Shown piece by piece: positions 13,278-26,329 of a stretch of DNA of 64,000 nt. The stretch covers positions 744,001 through 808,000 of the forward strand of contig MU008169.1 of NCBI GenBank assembly GCA_010909165.1, given 5' to 3'. The notes under the pieces are model-generated. The model ran no database searches, was not told the DNA's origin, and saw only the letters and a program-made list of their open reading frames with translations. The translations under genes were made by a program, and so were the position numbers. This DNA comes from Anthoceros angustus. Taxonomy: Eukaryota; Plantae; Anthocerotophyta. Position 1 is the stretch's first letter; each line of letters opens with the position of its first letter.

Positions 13278-16200
13278 TCAGTGCCTTCTGGCGATATATA
13301 GCCTGTCCAGGTGTCTCCTTACAGCATTGGACTGAAAGAACTCATCTGCACAGTTAACTGGATCACTCACTTCCTGGTCGCTGTTGTCAACGATACCTTC
13401 AGTCCCGAAGAGATTGACGGATATCCATTCCTTGTCTAAGGCTTGGCGGCGATTTTCTGGCTCGGTCGTATTTGCTGCAACCAGGTGATACGCAATCACC
13501 TTCTTCTCTTGGCCAACGCGGAAAGCCCGGCTCACCGCTTGGCGAGTGACGCTGGGGTTAAAGACGGGTTCCAACAGTATGATCCTGAGGCTGCAGTAAG
13601 GTTTTACACCTTCTCCACAAGCCTTGATAGAGGCCAGAAGAACCCTCGAAGGGTCGTTCTTGTCATTGAACCTCTTGATGGTACCATTTCTTAGGGTGGC
13701 TTTGCCATTAACAAGCAGAACTTTGTCTCCCAAGGCCCAGCTCTTGTGCTTTTGTAGGACCTCCTGTATATATTCCAGAGGTTTTGAGCATACTGCTGAA
13801 AATAATAAGCTTTTCTCCTGCCTTGTCAGAGATAGGATCTCCAAAACGAAATCAGCTTTCACACCCTTACCGGGAGTCGAGGCTGTTCCGTCGAGATCAG
13901 GAAACTCAGAGGTGTCCTGGTATCGTCAGGACAGAGGACGGGTGAACAGTCACCAATGTTGTACCTGATGTAAGGCTAAACTTGGAACTTTTACCGCCAC
14001 ACTTTGACTGCACTTTTGCCACCAGGTCCGCTTGCAAAGGCTGTAGCTTCAGATGAACAACAAACTCCTGTAGTCCTGGAAGAGACTTCAGGTCAGCACC
14101 TTCATGAGAGTCTACAAAGGAAGTCAGATTTCGAATGTTCTGGATACCCTCATGGATAGCGTCTACATGCAGTCCTCGTGATAGATTTACATTTGGACTT
14201 CCAAAATTCTTCCCACTTTGTCCCATTTGTCTACCATTGCCTGGGTTATCATGCCACCATTGCGCAGTCTGTCATTCTCCTGCTCCTTCTCCAGTTCCAT
14301 CCGCTTTTGTGAAAACCCTGGATCATTCCCCAAAAATTCCGGCTTCACAAAACTAAGTATCTGGTATAACTCCATGAAGTTATTCTGAAATAAAGTGCCA
14401 CTCAGTATCACCCTGTTCATTGTCTTCACCTTCTTCAAGGCCTGCAGGACATTGGTATCTTCATTGCGTACAAAATGTCCTTCATCCAAGACTACCAGAT
14501 CAGGAGTCCCTAGAATATTGCTAAGTTCATCATGCTGGGCTCCTCCTTGTGAATGATCCGGCTAGCGATGTTGTAACGATCAAGACACTTTTCTCTGCCT
14601 CCCATTGATGAAGAATCTCTCTACGACGTTTCTCCACATCGTGTGTCTCAGTGGACTTGTCATACACAGTGAGAATCTTGATATCCCTCATTCCATCTAT
14701 GGAACTCATCCTTCCAGGGTTCCACCATCACTTTTGGAGCCACAATCAGCACCTTCTTGGCTGGATAGGTAGTGAGTAAGCCTTTCACAAAGGCTATCAT
14801 CAAGAACGTTTTTCCTGTTCCTGGAGCATGTTGAAAAACATCCTCCTCTGCCATCCAGAGACTTGACAAGGAATTGAAATCCTTTCACCTGATGTTCCTT
14901 CATCTTGGGCATGAAATGAGGAGGAGGAATCTTCACCTTCAGCCTTTGAATTGGCCTTTCTTCAGCTTCTGACCTACAAGGGCCGAGGTTGCTGAATATC
15001 TTATCTTCCTCAAGAAATCCTCATGCTCATCGCTGCGTTTTTGTCTTCCCTTGGCCTGCAGACATGGCCACAAACTCCTTCAAACAGAGTGAAGCACCTC
15101 CACAAAAGATGTCTAATTGAAGCTCACAGACGCAGGATATGCAAACTTTCAAACGAATGGGCAACAGTAGTGCTTACAGTCCGGAGGGAGCGAACTCCAC
15201 ACTCATAGCAGCTTTCACATGACCATAGAGAGCAGACTTGGCCACATTCTGAATTTCGTTCATAGTCATGTATACAGCCGACCGGTTTCTGCTGTTGCTC
15301 CGTTTCAATAGGTGCAGGCTGACAACAATGCACGTTCACCGTTATGAATAGTTCAGCAAACGCGGTTTTCAGAATGTGCTACTCAAAGGTAACCAAAGCA
15401 AAGTTGCTGTTACCTTTCCAAGCGCTTCAACCAACGCAGCGTCTCTCCAGAGTTGTGCCATCTCATCTTCCATGGCCTTGGCCTTGGTCTCTGTGTCTGA
15501 CATATCTGTGCTCTCTGATACATATGTCCTTTCCTCGTCAGGAAGGTCTTGGAGGAAAGTTGGAGCCTGGACTCGGACTGGGTCTGGAGTCTTCGGACCC
15601 TTGGTTGGAGATTTAGTCTGAGCCTCCAAACTTGGAGCCTGGACTGGAACACTGGCTCGGGCTAAGCCCTTCACCTTTGCCTGACCCGTGGTGTTGGCTT
15701 CAGCTGACCCCATTCCAACCTGCAACTCCTGTACAGCAAGAGGCCCGCCTGCAGAACCTTGAGAACCTTCCAGAGAGAGCTGCGTCATTGGACTGGCTAC
15801 AGCTCCCCCTATACTGTCATCAGGAGGTACCCGGTTTGGCCGACTATTTCTGACAAGCAAAGGATCCTGAGCACTGCGGCCAAAGTGCAAAGCATCATGA
15901 AACCTCCAACGGACGGAAAATTCACCACGGCCAGTCAGGAGCGGAATAGCATGCTCGTGGACCCGGAAAGCGACTCTGTGCACTGAGGGCTCATAAGTAC
16001 GAACCGGCTCCAGAGGGACAAGGTTCTGAGCACCCAGGCTGACAGCGCTGCTTGGCGGGTGGATTGATGTTGGAGGAATACTGTCAGGCACAATCACATG
16101 GGATGAGGTCCTCCAGCCCGGAGAGGACAACGGAACAGGTCCAGCAGTATACTCTTGACTGTGGTCCGGACATGCCAGCCCAGAGCTCTGAATTTGTAAG

Positions 16201-16373
16201 GCGGAAGTAGGGGAATTCGAGTCCTTCCCAGGTGCATCCACTCCCGCCTGCGGGACTGCCGAGGGCGTCCTCCCGTCATTACCCACAGAGAGTGTTGGAT
16301 GGTCCAAACGACGACATTGAGGAGCTGGCTGGGATGCCTCATCAAGCTTGGGCAGATTGTTTCTAAAGGACAA
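13278..16373 (-). pseudogene. Near full-length CLSY/DRD1-type (CLSY3/4-like) SNF2 chromatin remodeller, frameshifted
   Basis: In order: Cys/His knuckle CIHDYERNSECGQVCSLC; KMKEHQVKGFQFL; Walker A HAPGTGKT; LIVAPK; DEGHFVRN; ILSGTLFQNNF; VHPS; VLLASIKACGEG; FNPSVTRQAVSRAFRVGQEKKV. HAPGTGKT, DEGH and SGTLFQN are typical of the plant DRD1/CLSY subfamily. Several frameshifts and no obvious introns; could be an intact gene with consensus errors. Confidence 0.85.
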
Positions 16374-16569
16374 AGGGACACTCTGGGCATTGAAACAGGA
16401 AGGCTCATCTTCATCATCTAAGCAGATAATCTCTGGGGCACGAACAACACTACCAGGCTGCAGGGATCCAGGGCAAGGTACAGAAATGGTTACAGGAGGA
16501 AGGTTAAATTGCCGCAGCCGCTCACACCCCGAAATTCTGGCAAGTCTTAATTTTTTTCTCAGGTGATCA

Positions 16570-17600
16570 ATTCCACCTTCGTGAGACCTCTTCCGTCCCT
16601 GCCTCTCGGAACCTGCTCAAGCAACCGAGGTCAGCCCCGCTCACCACCGGCCTGAACAAAACCAAATCAACAGGCTGAGAAATGCACGCACCAGTCAATC
16701 CTGTTGTGTCCCACAGCGCCACGTCCAGGTCTGGCTGATCGTCTATCTTGCTGGCAGCAGCCCCCTGCATTGCAGGCGCCGGGGTCCAGGCCTGGCCAGC
16801 CTGCTGCTGATTCCCGAGCAAGGGCAGGTGATGACAGGAGGAGGACAAATCCATGAGCCCCGTGCAAATACCCCGAGGCTGGCTCCAGGAATGGTAATGC
16901 AATCTGGACCCAACCTCCCACAGATCCCCTCCCTTCCCCTTACCAGACAAACTCCTCCCTACCCAGCAGAAAACCGACAGCAAGGCAGGAAGAGAGAAGG
17001 CACAGCCAAAACGAGGAGACACTGGCAGGTACAAAAAAACACCACCCCCGGACCTGGGAGCATAGAATTTGCACAACAGCAGGAAGGATTGCCTTGTGAC
17101 AAGCAGGAAAGAAAATAAGCAACCACAATCCAGCACACAAGCGGAAGCAAGAAAACAGACCGGATAAGAAAATAAGCAACCACAATCTGGACAGCACACA
17201 AGCGGAAGCAAGAAACCAAGCAGGGTAAAAAGAAGCAACCCTGATCCAGCACACAAGCGGAAGCAAGAAATGGAGCAGTGAGCAACCAGGTGTCCGAGCA
17301 GTCACAATCGGCAGCTCTGGGCAGCAATTACAGCCCAGGCCCGCAGCCTCAGGAGGCACAAGAGTAAGAGCAAGAGCAAGATCAGGGAGCTGCACTGGTG
17401 CAACGCAAGAGCAATCGAGCGAGCTGGGGGCAGCAGATCTCGAAGGGCAGAAGCAGCAGAAGCATGGGCCGCCACAGTCGCAGCAGAGAACGCGCAATGG
17501 CAACAAGAAGTAATGTCCTTGGCGCCGGACTCCTGACACCATGTGGTAAGTTAAAAAGGCGTGGGAAATTCCGGGGTTAAATCCTGCATTGCAGTGCGGC
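16570..17600 (-). mobile_element. Probable LTR-retroelement remnant (LTR end, tRNA-Leu-type PBS, repetitive leader)
   Basis: Minus strand reads ...CCACA|TGGTGTCAGGAGT (17541-17529), complementary to a tRNA-Leu 3' end. A ~60-bp tandem repeat lies at 17100-17290. Confidence 0.4.
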
Positions 17601-18189
17601 CATTGGATGTCATTGTCAACACGTGCCAAATAAGCTGGTGTCCTTGGGACGAGCATTGCAACGGATAACTGCTTCCGCTGCTTCAAAACCTCCCGTTGAT
17701 GTCTGCCACAGGCAACAAGGATGGGAGTCGAGGAGAAGGGAAGGGAAGGGAAGGTTAGCAAGCAACATTGCGAGCTCGGGTGCAGGTTGAGGACTTACGT
17801 ACCGTGAAAAAATACCGATGCTTGCCCGCAATCCCAAGGTCGCTCCTTGGATGCAACCACGCCTCAATGGAGGCAATTTGGGCCTCATGGCTCAAAGCCG
17901 TGACGGAGCTGACCTGTTCATCTTGGCAAAGTTTCATGGAGATGGCATCGACCACTTGAAATACAAAACAAGACTTTGCCAGTATGACAATGAAAATGTT
18001 GAAGAGCTCCGTTGGCGTCCATGGAGCCCCGTCGATGCCGTAAAGGGAAGAATGCTTTCAAGCCTCACGTTAGTCACACTCCGGCTGGTGGGTGTGACCA
18101 ACTCCAAGTTACCACGACATCCCACTACATAATCATTACAAGACGCAAGCTACAACAAGAGTAGTTGTAATAGAGAGCTGGTCCAACAC

Positions 18190-18300
18190 AAGTTACCACA
18201 ACACAAGTTACCACAACACAACGTGACTTTCTACAACACAACGTGACTTTCTACAACACAACGTGACTTTCTACAACACAACGTGACTTTCTACAACACA
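18190..18300. repeat. 20-bp tandem repeat (acaacacaacgtgactttct) x4
   Basis: Perfect units visible at ~18213-18300. Confidence 0.9.
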
Positions 18301-18424
18301 CGAACAATCAAGAGGTGCTACAACACAAGTTACCACAACACAAAGTCTCTTCATGGAAGGGGCGTCCCCTTGCAGAAGGGGCTTGAGAAACATGAGAACT
18401 GAAGAACATATCGTGTTTTATAAC

Positions 18425-18625
18425 ATTGGTAGGCCGCCGGAAGTTCTCGGGAAGTGTTTTAGGGTTGGTAGGCACCGGAAGTTCTCGCAAAGTGTTTTAG
18501 GGTTGGTAGGCACCGGAAGTTCTCGCAAAGTGTTTTAGGGTTGGTAGGCACTGGAAGTTCTCGCGAAGTGTTTTAGGGTTGGTAGGCGCCTGTGGTTCCC
18601 GAGAAGTGGTTTAGGGTTGGTAGAC
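18425..18625. repeat. ~38-bp TTTAGGG-containing tandem repeat
   Basis: About 5 units of the repeat seen at 6100. Confidence 0.85.
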
Positions 18626-20389
18626 GGCCTCAAGTTGTTTGTGAGTTTTTTGTGAATTTACGATATAAGGATGAAAGCAGGGCGAAGGTTTTTGGTGGAG
18701 ATATTTTGTAATCAGTATGGGCTAGGAGATTTTGTAGACTTAGAGGTGTTTCAAAGTCTCAACACTCAACACCATTCAACACTCAAGTCTCAACACTCAC
18801 CATTCAACACTCAAAGTTTCAAAACTTTGAGTGTTGAATGGTAAATGACGACTTATTTGTTATAGGGTTGATGAAAGGAATCCTTACTTCGACTAATCAA
18901 ATCTCTCACCTCATGCCTCTACCACTTTGACTTGCCTTCTCACTAGTGAAAGTTTTCTATGTAATCTAAATATATGTAGATATCATTATCTAGTTATAAT
19001 ATAATCATATATTTTTTAATATAACTTATCCTTATATATCATATTATCATACTGAATTACCAATAATGACAAAAAGAAAATCTAATCGATATGCAGCTAC
19101 GAAAGCAAATATATCAGTATATGATATATAGATGGTTAACATTTATCACAAAACACTAGTTTTACCTCTTCTTTTCTTATGGTAATGGGGGACCTTAAAT
19201 AAGGACATATTATTGAATAGGCATGTGGAGATAGGGCGAAACTATCTAGGATAAGACATAAAAACCTTGGGATCATAAATCATTTTGATATTCATCATCA
19301 CTAATTATCAAGACTATAAGGTTTTGAAGCCCATATGTGAATTACCCCTTTCTCGTAGATGCACTAGTATATGTTCAATTTCCTTTCAAGTTTCTTTCAA
19401 TTGTCTTTCAAGGTTTAAAGTTTAGAGTTGTCTTCTTTCATGCTAAAATTCGGTAGTAGTTTCTTCTTTCACGTTTCTTTCAATTTTCTTTCTTCATTAT
19501 TGTAGTTATTTAAAGATTCGGCAAGAGTCTTTACTTTAGGCCTCATTGTTTACATTGATGGTTCACACATGTCGAACAAAATTTGGAGTCATAATACTTG
19601 CCTTCAAGTAATAGAGATCTAAAGCCCAAATATAAATCACCTAAAGCACTACAAGCTGACATTGAAGTTTCTTTTTTTTTTAAGCACAAAAGAAGTTTCT
19701 CGGCATTCAAGGCTATGCTACGTTAACAACGTGAGAAAGGAACTGGAGACTAGCTTGGTAGCTTGGTTGAGATTGTCGATATATCTTTGAATGTGCTATG
19801 GATTCTCATCTAATTTATTTACAGAGCTCATGTCAATGAGAATCTTCTAGTGGTGGCATGGGCTTTGTAATTTACACTTAGGTATGATTCAACAAAAATT
19901 TAAGATGCTATGACGAAGAAAATAATTGGAGTGGGTTGCCTCGAAACCACGTATTTGGTACAACCGCTCCAGGCATATAATGGGTTCCTAAGTTTAAAGA
20001 AGGTCGATCTACTTCTAGCTCTTAAAATATATGAGTCTATGGCACCACAAATATCCCATGCATCCTTAGAGGGATTTTGATAACAATTAGAAAACCAAGC
20101 TATACCAAACCTGCAGCTTTCAAATAACAGTTTTGGCGTTTTGTGTACACGAAGCCTGAAAAGCATCCCTTGGTGGTGTTTGGTGTGATCTCGTGGTAGA
20201 GTGTTGCTTTTTCACAACGTGGATGCAGATCCGATTCCCAGCCAGAGTGTTCGCGTTCATGAAATAGAGGATATTTTACATTTGATCTAAGGTAATAAAT
20301 CTGGCATCTGGTTTGCTGTGAGCGGCTGCCAGGGGTTGAAAACGATTGATGAAACAAAACCTACTTCTTGTTAGGGTCCTGAGCTTTGC

Positions 20390-21210
20390 AGATACCAGAC
20401 AGGTTTTTGAAAACTTAGTGGTGAATGCTGGGTATGCCCAACAATGGCAACAAGGGCTACGAAATGAGGCACTTGTTTCGTATGAACAAATGGAGCAGGA
20501 GGGCCTCATTTTGGCTGACCCATGTTACTTTCGCCTCTCTTCTCAAGGCCTGTACAAGCAGCGGAGTCATTCAGAATGAGAGGCAACTGTACTCACAGAT
20601 TATGGAAAGGCGACTGCTGGATAATGTCGTGTTGGGCATCTGCCTGCTGTCCAGGACATGACTGTATGCAAAATGTGGTGAACTGGAATATGCACGCCAG
20701 GTTTTTGACAGCTTGTCCGAAACGCATGTGGTGATATGGAATGCCCTGATTGCTGCCTGGTGTGCACTGCAAGAGGCGATCGTTGGTGTATGGGCAGATG
20801 GAGGAGGCGAGCCTCACTTTGACTGACAGAAGTTACCTTTGCTTGCCTTCTGAAGGCCTGTGGACGACGCACTGGTGCCTTAGAGAAGGGAGGGGCAGCT
20901 GCACTGATAGGTGGCCAACAGAGGAGTGCTGGGTGACTTACGCACCTGCCTGGTGGACATGTATGCAAAATGTGGTGCACTGAAAGCTGCCCGCTATCGT
21001 TTTGAAAGCTTGGGCGCAATGGATGTGGTGAAGGAAAAAGAAGATGCTCTTTTGTGGGCATGCTGAGGAGCTAGCTTTGGGGTTTGAATCTTGAACACTC
21101 CGCGTGCGACATCTCGAGTGGTATCCTAAAGTCTAAGCATGTGCAGTGTCTGCCACAGTTTCACGGAGATCATGTCAAGGCTTGAACAGAGAGACACGAG
21201 AAGGGCGAAG
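20390..21210 (+). pseudogene. PLS-class PPR fragment fused to a DYW remnant
   Basis: AGYAQQ, LLKAC, LVDMYAKCG and DVVIWNALI motifs, then KEKEDALCGHAEELAL...SMCSVCHSFTEIMSRLEQR. Heavily disrupted. Serves as the uninterrupted paralogue of the copia insertion site. Confidence 0.7.
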
Positions 21211-22369
21211 AGATCGTATGAGGCAGGGAGCGAAGGGCTGAGTCCGGATGTGATTGGGCTCAGCTCTCCGTTCAGTCGTTGAGGATGCGAGGATAAGTCC
21301 GGATGGGATTGGCAGAGGTGGGCAACCACGCGAATCCGCCCGATCTTATCCAGACGTATTCTCGCTTTCTCAAACGTTTAGCGAAGAGCTGGGCCCGCAT
21401 TTTTCCGATGATTTAGACTAAGTGATAAGTGAAACGTCGTGGGCTGCGCGACAGCAGGCCGCCGCTGGGGCCGCCCGGTCCTCCTCCAGTTGCATTTTTC
21501 CGATGCTTTGCCGAAAGCCTCCGTGCAGGGAATGGCCGGCTGTGGCATACGGCTATGCTGCAGGAGGAAGTTCCCCACATGTTGACGGATCGCCCCATGC
21601 GTAGGGTTCTAATCGGCTGGTATCTGCAAGGCTCAGGGCTCGTACCAGCTCGTGCATCTTCTAATTCACCACCATACATATCCACCAGGCAGGTGCCCCC
21701 AGTACGCCATCCAGAAATTCTCTTTCGACAATCTGTGAGTGCAGCTGCCTGCCCTTCTGTAAGGCACCGACCCTTGCACAGACCTTCAGAAGGCAAGTAA
21801 CATCGGAAACATGCAACTGGAGGAGGACGAGGTGCTCGCTGACGCGGCGCCATCGCCCGCCATGCTGCGCCCCGGGAGACGTAGCTCAGAAATCCCCAAG
21901 TTGTGTGACCCAGTTCAGAGTGTCACTTTCAGGCTGTCACATTCCCAATTTCAGAAACGAAACGGAAGTGATGCACGAAATGTGTTGGGAACACCACCTC
22001 CAGCACAGAATGTGTTCCGCCAAAATTTACGATACACGATGCACTGGGACAGGCATGTTCAACCTACATCTGAAAATTAGCCTGAGTGCCATTTCAGAGA
22101 CAGTCATGTGAGCTCACCGCTTGTACCGATTGAAAGCTTCCAGTGTAAGAGAGTTGGTCTGAATCCCAGTGCAGTGCCTATGACCTCCTCAGCTGGTACC
22201 AAGCTCAGCCTTCACAGTTCAGGAGTTGGGTTGAGGTGCAGGCTGGAATTTGCCGCCACATCTCCCATGGCAGCATCCCTATCCATCATGACTTATAACA
22301 GCAAGCAACAGAGGTTCAGGAGCTCCCCATTGTACTGGAACCCTCACTTAACCAAAGCACCAGAGCACT

Positions 22370-22710
22370 TAGCAGCATTACCTTCTCTGATTGTAGCATT
22401 GAGATCACCACGAGGCTTCCGTTGAGGTCACCTCTGTGCCCTGTAGAGCCTGTCTAGACGTTTCGGATGAAAGAAATCATCAGCACACCCACTAGGGTCC
22501 CCTATTTCCAACGATGGCTTCAGTCCCCAAGACATCTATGGATACCCATTCCCCGACAAGCCTTAGATGATTTCCTGGCTGTGTTGTATTTTGTGCAACC
22601 AGATGATAATCTGATTGCGGCCAATACCACAGAGATGGACAATCGTTTTTCTTCCCTTCTCTGACAATCGTCTTTCTACTCTTGTCCCAGACGGAAAGCC
22701 CGGCTCATGA
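22370..22710 (-). pseudogene. Degraded SNF2 C-terminal fragment ending in a hairpin
   Basis: Similar to 13240-13535; terminates at the SRAFR-coding sequence, which is folded back at 22683-22737. Confidence 0.55.
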
Positions 22711-23102
22711 AATGAGCCGGGCTTTCCGTGTGGGACAGGAGAGGAACGGCGGAGTCATCCACACGTAACATCTACACGTTGTGTTATGAACTTGTTATAA
22801 CACTGAAACAAATAAACAACTGAAAGTCACTACCACACAACATGATACTAACTAGAACAAAGAGTTGGCACAACACAATGTCATTACCTTGCAGAGTGGC
22901 CGCTACAAAAACTACAACAAAGAGTTGCAACAATACAAAGTCGCTACCACACGGAGTGATTATACGCACGTTTACAACATACGAGCTACAATACAGAGTG
23001 GTTACAATTCACGGCTATAACATAGAGTAGCTACAATACAGAGTCGTAACAACACACACTCCCTGTGATGAAGTGGCATATGAGAAACCCATGAACGTCA
23101 CG

Positions 23103-23580
23103 GGTTTTATAGGGTAAGAAGGCGGCTGAGTTTTCGGGAACAATTTTAGGGGAACAATTTTAGGGTAAGAAGGCGGCTCAGTTATCGAGAACAGTTTTAG
23201 GGGAACAATTTTAGGGTAAGAAGGCGGCTGAGTTTTCGGGAATAATTTTCGGGTAAGAAGGCGGCTGAGTTTTCGGGAACAATTTTAGGGTAAGAAGGCG
23301 GCCCCAAGTTTTGAAGAAGAGTTTTAGGGTAAGGAGGCAGCCGGAAGGTTTTGGGGAGAGTTTTTTGAAGAAGAGTTTTAGGGTAAGGAGGCAGCCGGAA
23401 GGTTTTGGGGAGAGTTTTTTGAAGAAGAGTTTTAGGGTAAGGAGGCAGCGAAAGGTTTTGGGGAGTTTTTGAAAAGAGTTTTAGGGTAAGGAGGCGGTAG
23501 GAAGGTTTTGGGGAGAGTTTTTGAAAAGAGTTTTAGGGTAAGGAGGCAGGTAGGAGGTTTTGGGAAGAGTTTCAAGGTAG
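23103..23580. repeat. TTTAGGG-containing tandem repeat with ~32-bp and ~50-bp unit variants
   Basis: Repeated ttttagggtaagaaggcggctgagttttcgggaacaa, then agagttttagggtaaggaggcagccggaaggttttgggg units. Confidence 0.85.
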
Positions 23581-23869
23581 ATAGGGACTAGAGGTTCATG
23601 CGAGTTTAAAGGCGTTAAGCCCTTTGCAACATTTGCAACTTGGTTTAAGGTAGGCAAGGGACCTGAGGTGCTTCCATTGAAGTGTTTTAGGTTAGGTGAA
23701 ACTCTAAAGATCTAGATAATATATTAGTATGTTAGTAACTAGTTATTTAGTCAACTAATATAATTTAATTAACTAGTTAGCTAGCTAATTATTAGTTAGC
23801 ATTAGATAATATTATTTAGTTAACTTATATTAGCTAAATTAGTTAATGAGAGGAACGGGTGAACGCTCA

Positions 23870-25060
23870 CTCGCGTTGTCCTCCAAGTAAGCTTAAACTT
23901 GCAACTTTTACCGCCACACTTTCACTGCTGACCATGTCCACTTCATATGAAAAAAACTTGTATAGTCCTCAAGAGACTTGACATCACCCTCACGAGTCTA
24001 CAAAACAAGTTAGATTTCGATTGTTCGTGGTTTTGGGAGTCTACAAAACAAGTTAGAGTTCGGTTGTATAGTAAACCCATATCTACGATGTGGTGATCAC
24101 TAGTCCTCTTCATAAAAGCACTTGGACTTCCAAAGTTTCTTCCTCACAACTTCCTATGGGTTTACCATTTCGTGGTTATCATACCACTATTGCACCGCCT
24201 ATCATTTCCCGCTTGTGGTGCGCTCTATCGGCTCTCTCGATCATTTTCCGGGAAGTTTGGCTTCACAAGACTTAGCATCTGGTACAACTCTACGAAGGTA
24301 TTCTGAAATAAGTCCTGTTCATAGAAACAGACTTGGACTTTCAAAGTTTCTTCCTCACAGTTTCCTATGGGTTTACCATTCCCACTGTTGTGCCGCCTAT
24401 CTGCTTGTGGTGCAGCTCTATCGGCTTTTGCTCTAACTCTGAGCCATTTTCATAAAACTTAGCATCTGGTACAACTCCATGAAGATATTCTGAAATAAAT
24501 TGCTACTCAGTATCACCCTGTTTATTGTCTTAACCTTCTTCAAGGCCTGCGGACAATTGTTATTTTCACTATGTTCAAAATGTCCTTCATCCAACACTAC
24601 AAAATCAGAAGTTCCTTGTATGATATCGCAAAGCTCATCATGTTATGTTCCCTCCTCGTGAATGATCTGACTAACAATGTTCTAACCAAACCATCAAAAC
24701 ACTTTTCTCTTCCTTCCATTGATTGAGAATTCTACAACCTTTTTCCACATCCATCGTGTGTGTCGTCGAACTTATTATATAGTAAGAATATTAAGATATC
24801 ACTCACTTCCCCTCTCATGAACTCATTCTTCGAAGGTGCCACCATCATTTTTGGAGCTACTATCGACAATTTTGTCGATAGCCGCAAGCAAGCGTTTCAC
24901 AAAGGTTACCATCAAGAACATTCTTCCTATTCCTAAAGAATGGTGAAAATACATCCTCCTCGCCATCCACATACTAGACAAGGAATTGAAATCCCTTAAC
25001 CTGATCTTCCTTATCTTAGGTGTGAAATGGGAGGAATCTCTACCTTAAGATTCACAATAG
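23870..25060 (-). pseudogene. Old, degraded copy of the SNF2 ATPase core
   Basis: Colinear with ~13960-14945 (for example cagtatcaccctg...ccttcttcaaggcctgc...tgtccttcatccaa). Many stops and an internal duplication. Confidence 0.7.
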
Positions 25061-25499
25061 GCGTTTCTTACTGTCCCAACTCCCATGCGACAAAAATCCC
25101 ACCTAGAGGACCTTGAGAACCTTCGAGAGAGTGTTGAATCATTGGACTAGACAAAGACCTATCTCCCTAGAGGTCATTTTGAAAGTGTCACCCCCAAAGA
25201 TAAGAGTTAATAGACATATAAAAATATATGAGAGTCAAAAGAAGAGAAGAAGGTCAAAAGAATATATGAAATAAAAAGTGATAAAAGATAGTGAAAGAAA
25301 ATCAAAGAAGAAAAAAGGAAACATATAAAAGGAAGGTAAAAATAAATAATGTAATTATTTTATTGTACCTATCTTATCACTTTGGAGTTAAAAAATTTAG
25401 GTTTTATTTGCATGAGTCTTAATCTTGAGATAATTTTGACACCAAAACTAATAAACAAAAATTTGTAAAGTTTCTATCTTACTCTCCAATATTATAAAT

Positions 25500-26130
25500 A
25501 TCTAAAGCCTATAGAGATATTAGTTCTTCCCATAAATCAACCAGTATATGCTTAGGTTACTTTAAAGATTCTTTGGGCTGTTTATCAAGTTTTAAGGTTT
25601 AGCATTTAGGGTTGTCATCCTTCATGTAGTAATTTCAAAATTTGGCAGTACATAGTTTCCTTCAATATCATAATTACTCCAAAATTTGCCGCTAATTTGT
25701 ACTTCATGCCACTACAGCTATGTTGTTGAACAAAAATCCTGTCAATGTTGTGGTAGAATGATATTCTTTCACTATACAGACGCGATTACGATTCCCGACC
25801 ATGGCATATGACATTCTTCCATAATGCGAAGCGGTTTCGATTCCGGCCGTGACATACAATAATTCTTAGAAGGCCATTTCAGATTATCACTTTATTCGGA
25901 TAATAAATCGGTATGGGTGGTGGCATTGGTTGAAGGATTGGTGGAACAACACATGGTTGTTTAGGGATCCAGGTTCGATTCCGTCGGAATACACGGAATA
26001 AAACCTTGCAGATACGGTTGTCCAGGAACCAGCTAGTCAGAAGCTTATGCAAGGGATGAAACATGTGGAGAAGTTCCTCCAGTAGCATCTCCAGGCCATA
26101 CTTCCAAGCTTCCTGTGTGTATACTGTATA
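25500..26130. repeat. Paralogue of the palindrome-centre sequence (45528-46100)
   Basis: ttcatgtagtaatttcaaaatttgg... and the WKYGLEMLLEELLHMFHPL block are shared with 45570-46090. Confidence 0.8.
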
Positions 26131-26329
26131 CATAGCCTATGCTTGCAAAGGCCTTCAAGGCAAACAAAGTAACAAGGTCGCCAAAATGAGGCCCTCCGCT
26201 CCATTGGGTCATACGTCACAACAATTGCATCATTCCCAAGCCCTTGTTGGGCATACCCAGCAATCAACATTGTCTATGCCACCACATCCCCGGCCAAGCT
26301 TTCAAACCCTAGCGTGCATCTTGAGTTCA

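Noticed and set aside
16567-17761. Long Cys/Leu-rich ORFs (229 and 273 aa) as real proteins
   Set aside because: They arise from tandem-repeat, low-complexity sequence and show no recognisable domain.
23103-23580. True telomere
   Set aside because: TTTAGGG occurs only once or twice per longer unit, not as a pure tandem array.
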